Origin: Candidatus Latescibacterota bacterium
Lineage (GTDB): Bacteria; Latescibacterota; UBA2968
Assembly: GCA_965207885.1 (NCBI GenBank)
Contig: OZ242311.1
Span: forward strand, 1,728,001 to 1,792,000
Direction: 5' to 3'
Length of the DNA: 64,000 nucleotides
Below, piece by piece: positions 59,307 through 64,000 of this stretch. How positions within the stretch are numbered: the first letter of the stretch is position 1; each line of letters opens with the position of its first letter. The position numbers and the translations under genes are program-made. The notes beneath the pieces are model-generated. The model ran no database searches. It saw nothing but the letters and a program-made list of their open reading frames with translations, and had not been told where the DNA came from.

Positions 59307-62300
59307 ATGAAGCGAATGTGTTTGCTGTTTATCATTTCCCTTTGCCTGGTATCTCAAGCCTTTGCAGGTACCACGGGAAAGGTCTCCGGCGTAATAAAAG
59401 ACGCCAAATCGGGAGAGTTATTGCCCGGCGCAAACGTCGTCGTGATTGGCACCCGTCTGGGCGCGACAACAGACGCCGATGGCAATTATTTTATCCTCAA
59501 TGTCCCCCCCGGTCTGCTGGAAGTACAGGCGTCAATGGTGGGATATGCGAAAGTCACACAGACCGCCGTTCGCGTAAAAATCGACCAGACCACAAAGCTC
59601 AATTTTACATTGAGTGAAGAAACCCTTGAAGCTGCCGAGATACTGGTCATGGCTGAACGCCCCCCCGTAGAACTCGACCTCACGGGGAGCAAGCAGGCAC
59701 TGACGACGATGGATCTGGAATTGAGTTGGGCCAACTCCGTGGAAGAGGCAGTGGAAACCCAATCTGGAGTGGGGGTTCGGGGAAGTATCCGCGGAGGATA
59801 TGGCTTCACCGCCGCCTATATTATAGATGGCGTGGATGTGCGGGACGGCAATACCCAATCCAGCTTTGTCGTGACCAATACCGCGGCCATCCAGGAAATG
59901 GAAATACTCACGGGTGGATATAACGCGGAATACGGCCGGGCCAACGATGGGATCATCAACATCGTAACGCGATCAGCGCGAGACCGCTGGCACACGACTG
60001 CCAAAGCGCGCCTGCGCCCGCGCGGAAAGTACCACTGGGGACGCAATATTTACAGCGAAGAAAATGTCGAGAACCAGGTAATCACCAAAGCGTACTTCGA
60101 CAACAACGACATGGGTGCTTCCTGGAACAACTACTGGACAGAACAGGGCCAAAATCCTACACCTGAGTTCAACTGGCAGAAATACCAGGAATTCACAACA
60201 CCACCGGAAGACATGGGCAATTACGCAGATCTGGACCAGTGGGAGTGGGAAGGCGCTGCTTTCGGTCCCATCTCCTCCAATATGGATCTGTTGCTAAGCG
60301 GCAAGTATTTGCAAGGTGTAACCAGGTGGCCGAGCGTTTTCAAATACAGTCCCGAATGGAGTGCGCTCGCCAAATTGAATTACAACCTGACCCAGAACAC
60401 CAAAATCACGGCATCATTCAACCATCAGGGCACCGATAACAGCGGACAGCCCAGATTGTCTTACATGTCGTCCGACGATATGGGCGGCTCGATGGGGAAT
60501 CTTCCATCGGGTGGAATCCGAACGCCCTACCAGAGAGAGAAATGGAATTCGAATGGCAACAGCGTAATTACTGGTAATAACTCGCGCGTACCGCCTCCGC
60601 AGTATATCCGGACGAATGCAGCAATGTTAAAACTGACGCACGTCTTCAGTCCGCGCACATTTATGGATTTCCGCATTCAGCACTACCGAATGGATTACGA
60701 CGCGCATTACGAGAACCTGGATACGAATCCCGTCTTATTCCAGGATCAACTTGATCGAACCCCGGTGTTTTTGGAACCCACCTGGTTCCCCACCAGTCCA
60801 GTCAGCACTGGCGGACGGCGGTGGCAATGGCCGAGAGATAACGCCAAACTGTTCGCCAATACCTGGCGAACATCAATCAATTTTGACCTGACCAGCCAGG
60901 TCAACGAACACAATCTGGTCAAGGCAGGCCTATCATTCGATCCGCAGTATATCGATACCTGGTACGGTGGGCAATTTGGATCGGCTTCACAACCGTTTAA
61001 CAAGGTGCCAAACCGGGATTATAGCCCGTGGGATTTCACCGCTTATGTGCAGGATCAAATCGAAGCCGAAGGCATGATCGTAAACCTCGGCTTGCGCCTG
61101 GACATGTTCAACGCCAACCGGAACGTGAATTACATCCTGTGGGATCCTTACGCGCTGTCGAGTATTACCGATGGCAATATTGCGGGCGGAATTCTGTCCT
61201 TTGATCCGGACGGCCCCCATGCCGCCAAGACACCGCTACAGGTCGCGCTTTCACCCCGCGTGGGCATCGCACATCCCATTACTGCCAGCACCGTATTGCA
61301 CTTTATGTACGGGCATTTTAACCAGCGTCCGCCCTGGGTAAAAATTGCCGGAAATAAAGCCATCTGGAACCGCGGGGCACCCTCTGATCCGAGCGTTCAA
61401 CTGCCACCCAACTACGATGCAAATCCCAACGAGGATTACAACTATATCCACTGGTGGGGCACAGGTGGCAACCCGGAGATCGGGTTCGAAAAGATGATCC
61501 AGTACGAAGTGGGCTTTGATCAGGATATTGCCGGGGCGCTCGGTCTGGATGTAACCATGTATTACAAAGACGCCAAGGATCTGACAAGGCGAGGTTTCCG
61601 ACAGGGACGTGAGGAAGAAACCGGCAACAGTTCAACGCTTCAATTCACTTTGTTTATGGATCCCAACAATCCGCAGAAGCAAACGCCTCAGAGTGGGTTT
61701 ACCAACCGGGGCGCTTTCTCGATGGCGGGAGCACGCCTGGATGCACGCGGTCTGGAACTGGAATTGAGTACCAAGCGCTGGCAAAATGTGCGCCTCCAGC
61801 TCAAATACGATCTGTCCTATTCCAGCACGGGTGCCTATGGTCCGACGGCCCTCTATATTCCCATCCAACAACCAGACGGTTCGATCAAGCAACTCGGAAG
61901 GGATCGCTATCACGGATCCGGCGAGCACAATCTGGAGTTGTGGAACCCGCACAACACGTTTAAGCTCAATGCATTGCTCAGCACACCCAACGACTTTGGC
62001 CCGGTGATGGGGAACTGGTTCTTGAACATGCACTACACCTACGCTTCGGCGCAGCGATACACCTATCACCCGCCCGGCGATACGAGTACCGAGCCGCTGA
62101 ACCGGTCGTGGAAACCCTATCACCGCACCAATGCACGTCTCTCCAAGCGTTTCGAACTGGTGGGTGGAATGAAGGGCGAATTCGCAATAGACATACACAA
62201 TGTCTTCAACAACAAAATCCTGAAATTGTTCGGCGGACAAGATTTGTTCAACTACATTGAAAAGGGCGAAATGCCCGTGATAAAAGCCTCCTATCTGACG

Positions 62301-62405
62301 CCAGATGGTGCTTCAGCCGAATGGGTGGAGCCGAATCAGTGGACGATTTACCGCCCGGACCTGAATCCGAGAGAGTTGTTCTTCTCGCTGTCGATTGATT
62401 ATTAG
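59307..62405 (+). CDS. TonB-dependent receptor
   Basis: Signal peptide, GTTGKVSG...LPGANV N-domain, plug GGYNAEYG..GIINI, YGHFNQ.P, C-terminal aromatic residue. Confidence 0.9.
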   Translation: MKRMCLLFIISLCLVSQAFAGTTGKVSGVIKDAKSGELLPGANVVVIGTRLGATTDADGNYFILNVPPGLLEVQASMVGYAKVTQTAVRVKIDQTTKLNFTLSEETLEAAEILVMAERPPVELDLTGSKQALTTMDLELSWANSVEEAVETQSGVGVRGSIRGGYGFTAAYIIDGVDVRDGNTQSSFVVTNTAAIQEMEILTGGYNAEYGRANDGIINIVTRSARDRWHTTAKARLRPRGKYHWGRNIYSEENVENQVITKAYFDNNDMGASWNNYWTEQGQNPTPEFNWQKYQEFTTPPEDMGNYADLDQWEWEGAAFGPISSNMDLLLSGKYLQGVTRWPSVFKYSPEWSALAKLNYNLTQNTKITASFNHQGTDNSGQPRLSYMSSDDMGGSMGNLPSGGIRTPYQREKWNSNGNSVITGNNSRVPPPQYIRTNAAMLKLTHVFSPRTFMDFRIQHYRMDYDAHYENLDTNPVLFQDQLDRTPVFLEPTWFPTSPVSTGGRRWQWPRDNAKLFANTWRTSINFDLTSQVNEHNLVKAGLSFDPQYIDTWYGGQFGSASQPFNKVPNRDYSPWDFTAYVQDQIEAEGMIVNLGLRLDMFNANRNVNYILWDPYALSSITDGNIAGGILSFDPDGPHAAKTPLQVALSPRVGIAHPITASTVLHFMYGHFNQRPPWVKIAGNKAIWNRGAPSDPSVQLPPNYDANPNEDYNYIHWWGTGGNPEIGFEKMIQYEVGFDQDIAGALGLDVTMYYKDAKDLTRRGFRQGREEETGNSSTLQFTLFMDPNNPQKQTPQSGFTNRGAFSMAGARLDARGLELELSTKRWQNVRLQLKYDLSYSSTGAYGPTALYIPIQQPDGSIKQLGRDRYHGSGEHNLELWNPHNTFKLNALLSTPNDFGPVMGNWFLNMHYTYASAQRYTYHPPGDTSTEPLNRSWKPYHRTNARLSKRFELVGGMKGEFAIDIHNVFNNKILKLFGGQDLFNYIEKGEMPVIKASYLTPDGASAEWVEPNQWTIYRPDLNPRELFFSLSIDY

Positions 62406-62481
62406 CCAAATAGCCGGGTATCGCCCATCCGACACCCGGCTCAAGAGTTCTCAACACTCTCAAATAACAAAGGAGTACTAA

Positions 62482-64000
62482 ATGAATGCGATACGCAGGC
62501 TTCTCCCACTCTGGGTGATGTGCCTCGTGCTGATGTTGCCGGAATTTGTAAATGCCCAAGTGCCCGAAAGCCAACTCGTGGGCAACAACCCAATTGAGTT
62601 TACCGCTGGAAGATTGTGGTGGGGCACGAGTACCGCGGCGAATTACGCAGAAACGGCGATTCCCAATGTCGTTTCATATCCCGGCTATTACCAGGCCCCC
62701 GATCACATGGATATGATTGCGCCCTGGATCTGGGTCAACAATCAGGGGCGGCGGGTCAAGATCAACTTAACAGAACGGAGCATTGTGTCTTTTGGCGGTG
62801 CCGTAAAGCCCATGGTCAACAATTACAATTACAATTTTGTGGGACCAGGTGGCACCAACGAGGCCGAGCAATGGGGCGAAGGAATCTTCCAGACGTTCAA
62901 AATGAATCCAGCCAGCCCAGCCGATCCGATGGGAGCAATGCAGATCACCACCAAGACTATGGTGTGGAGCGTGCCCAAATACGACGATTTTGTCATCCAC
63001 AAGATCAAGATCAAACATGTAGATGACGTACCCTTTGAAGATTTCTACATGTGTTTCCCCGCTCAGGTTCAGTACAACAACGGTCAACTCGTGAACAACG
63101 CCTTCAAGTTCAAGAACGACATGCAATTCGATTGGGATCCGGAACGGGAAATTTTCATATTCTACGACGATGTGCAGTGGCCGACCACGGAAAGCGCGCC
63201 CATTTCGTTTAGCATATTCGAATCGCCGGGAGACGTGACGGGAGATGCGGGCGATCCCGGCAATATCACCGAGGCCGGGTCTCTGGATCGCAGGCTTTAC
63301 GAACCTGAAGCCCGGGCGTGGGGCATTCTCAATCTGACTTACAACGGTCAGCCTGAAGAACCCCATTACAATATCCTCGCTGCGGCCGAGTCTGGCACGC
63401 GGACGGGCAACTTCGCAGGGAGGATGAGCGATGCTCGCGTACCAGCGCGCGAATCCGGGCGTCTGTGGGCTGGGCAAAGCTGGGAACAGGATTTGCTGGC
63501 ATTTTCACACGATCAAGAACGCGCAAGCTGGATTGACCTGTGGAACGACCCATCCCGTCCCAAAGACGGATCGGTGGATGGCAATCTCTTCGAGCGATCA
63601 CCCATGCTGTATTCCTACATTGGCCCCTACACTTTTCAGCCCGGCGATGAAATTGAACTGATCATCCTCTATTGTTTTGGCGAGATGGACCGCAATGTGT
63701 CGCAACGCGGCGGATTGGAAGCTGCACAGCGATACCAGGCAGAAGGTATTGCTGCGTTGAAGCAAAACTGGGATTCGGCTCTGGAACTGATCGCAAATGA
63801 TTACAAATTGCCCGCCGATCAGTACCCGCCCCCAATCGTAGGCTCACAGCCATTTGTTGAAGACGGATACCCCAAGCTGGAAGCTGAGCCATTTGCCGAC
63901 GCCAGTACCGGGACACAGGGTTTCACCTTGACTTGGCAGGCCGTGCCGGACAATTATCAGGACCCGGGCACAGGTGAAAATGATTTTGCCGGATATCGGG
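62482..64000 (+). CDS. Large secreted protein, partial (runs off window end)
   Basis: AAGGAG RBS; signal peptide MNAIRRLLPLWVMCLVLMLPEFVNA; same frame at the window end reads LTWQAVPD...DFAGYR (FN3-like). Confidence 0.75.
   Translation, partial: MNAIRRLLPLWVMCLVLMLPEFVNAQVPESQLVGNNPIEFTAGRLWWGTSTAANYAETAIPNVVSYPGYYQAPDHMDMIAPWIWVNNQGRRVKINLTERSIVSFGGAVKPMVNNYNYNFVGPGGTNEAEQWGEGIFQTFKMNPASPADPMGAMQITTKTMVWSVPKYDDFVIHKIKIKHVDDVPFEDFYMCFPAQVQYNNGQLVNNAFKFKNDMQFDWDPEREIFIFYDDVQWPTTESAPISFSIFESPGDVTGDAGDPGNITEAGSLDRRLYEPEARAWGILNLTYNGQPEEPHYNILAAAESGTRTGNFAGRMSDARVPARESGRLWAGQSWEQDLLAFSHDQERASWIDLWNDPSRPKDGSVDGNLFERSPMLYSYIGPYTFQPGDEIELIILYCFGEMDRNVSQRGGLEAAQRYQAEGIAALKQNWDSALELIANDYKLPADQYPPPIVGSQPFVEDGYPKLEAEPFADASTGTQGFTLTWQAVPDNYQDPGTGENDFAGYR

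Overview
Bacterial chromosomal window with two zones. (1) 1-12.6 kb is a defence island ending at the 3' side of tRNA-Glu(CTC). It holds a type I RM locus (hsdR C-terminus, hsdS, and hsdM split by a 937-bp IS5-family element), an ApeA-like HEPN gene inside that locus, and several decayed or orphan TA genes. It also holds a short CBASS-like operon (CD-NTase with an FYG tail, a stand-alone E2 and an uncharacterised 3-TM protein), a fused XRE-HTH/IrrE peptidase, and a Panacea antitoxin with a putative MazF-like toxin. (2) 12.7-64 kb is mostly catabolic: 7 PhyH-type Fe/2OG dioxygenases, 6 Gfo/Idh/MocA oxidoreductases, 3 sulfatase-family genes, SDRs, a BVMO, transporters, ssb, tRNA-Arg, an SfiI-like RM pair, a MaoC/CitE/CoA-transferase cluster and a TonB-dependent receptor locus. 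This gene content resembles Latescibacteria/Poribacteria-like symbiont genomes (inference). The most unusual items are an ECF sigma factor fused to domains II+III of a beta sliding clamp that keeps the peptide-binding pocket motifs (34148-35512), and the CD-NTase/E2/3-TM system with no recognisable canonical effector. All family assignments come from motifs recognised by eye; no database search was run.
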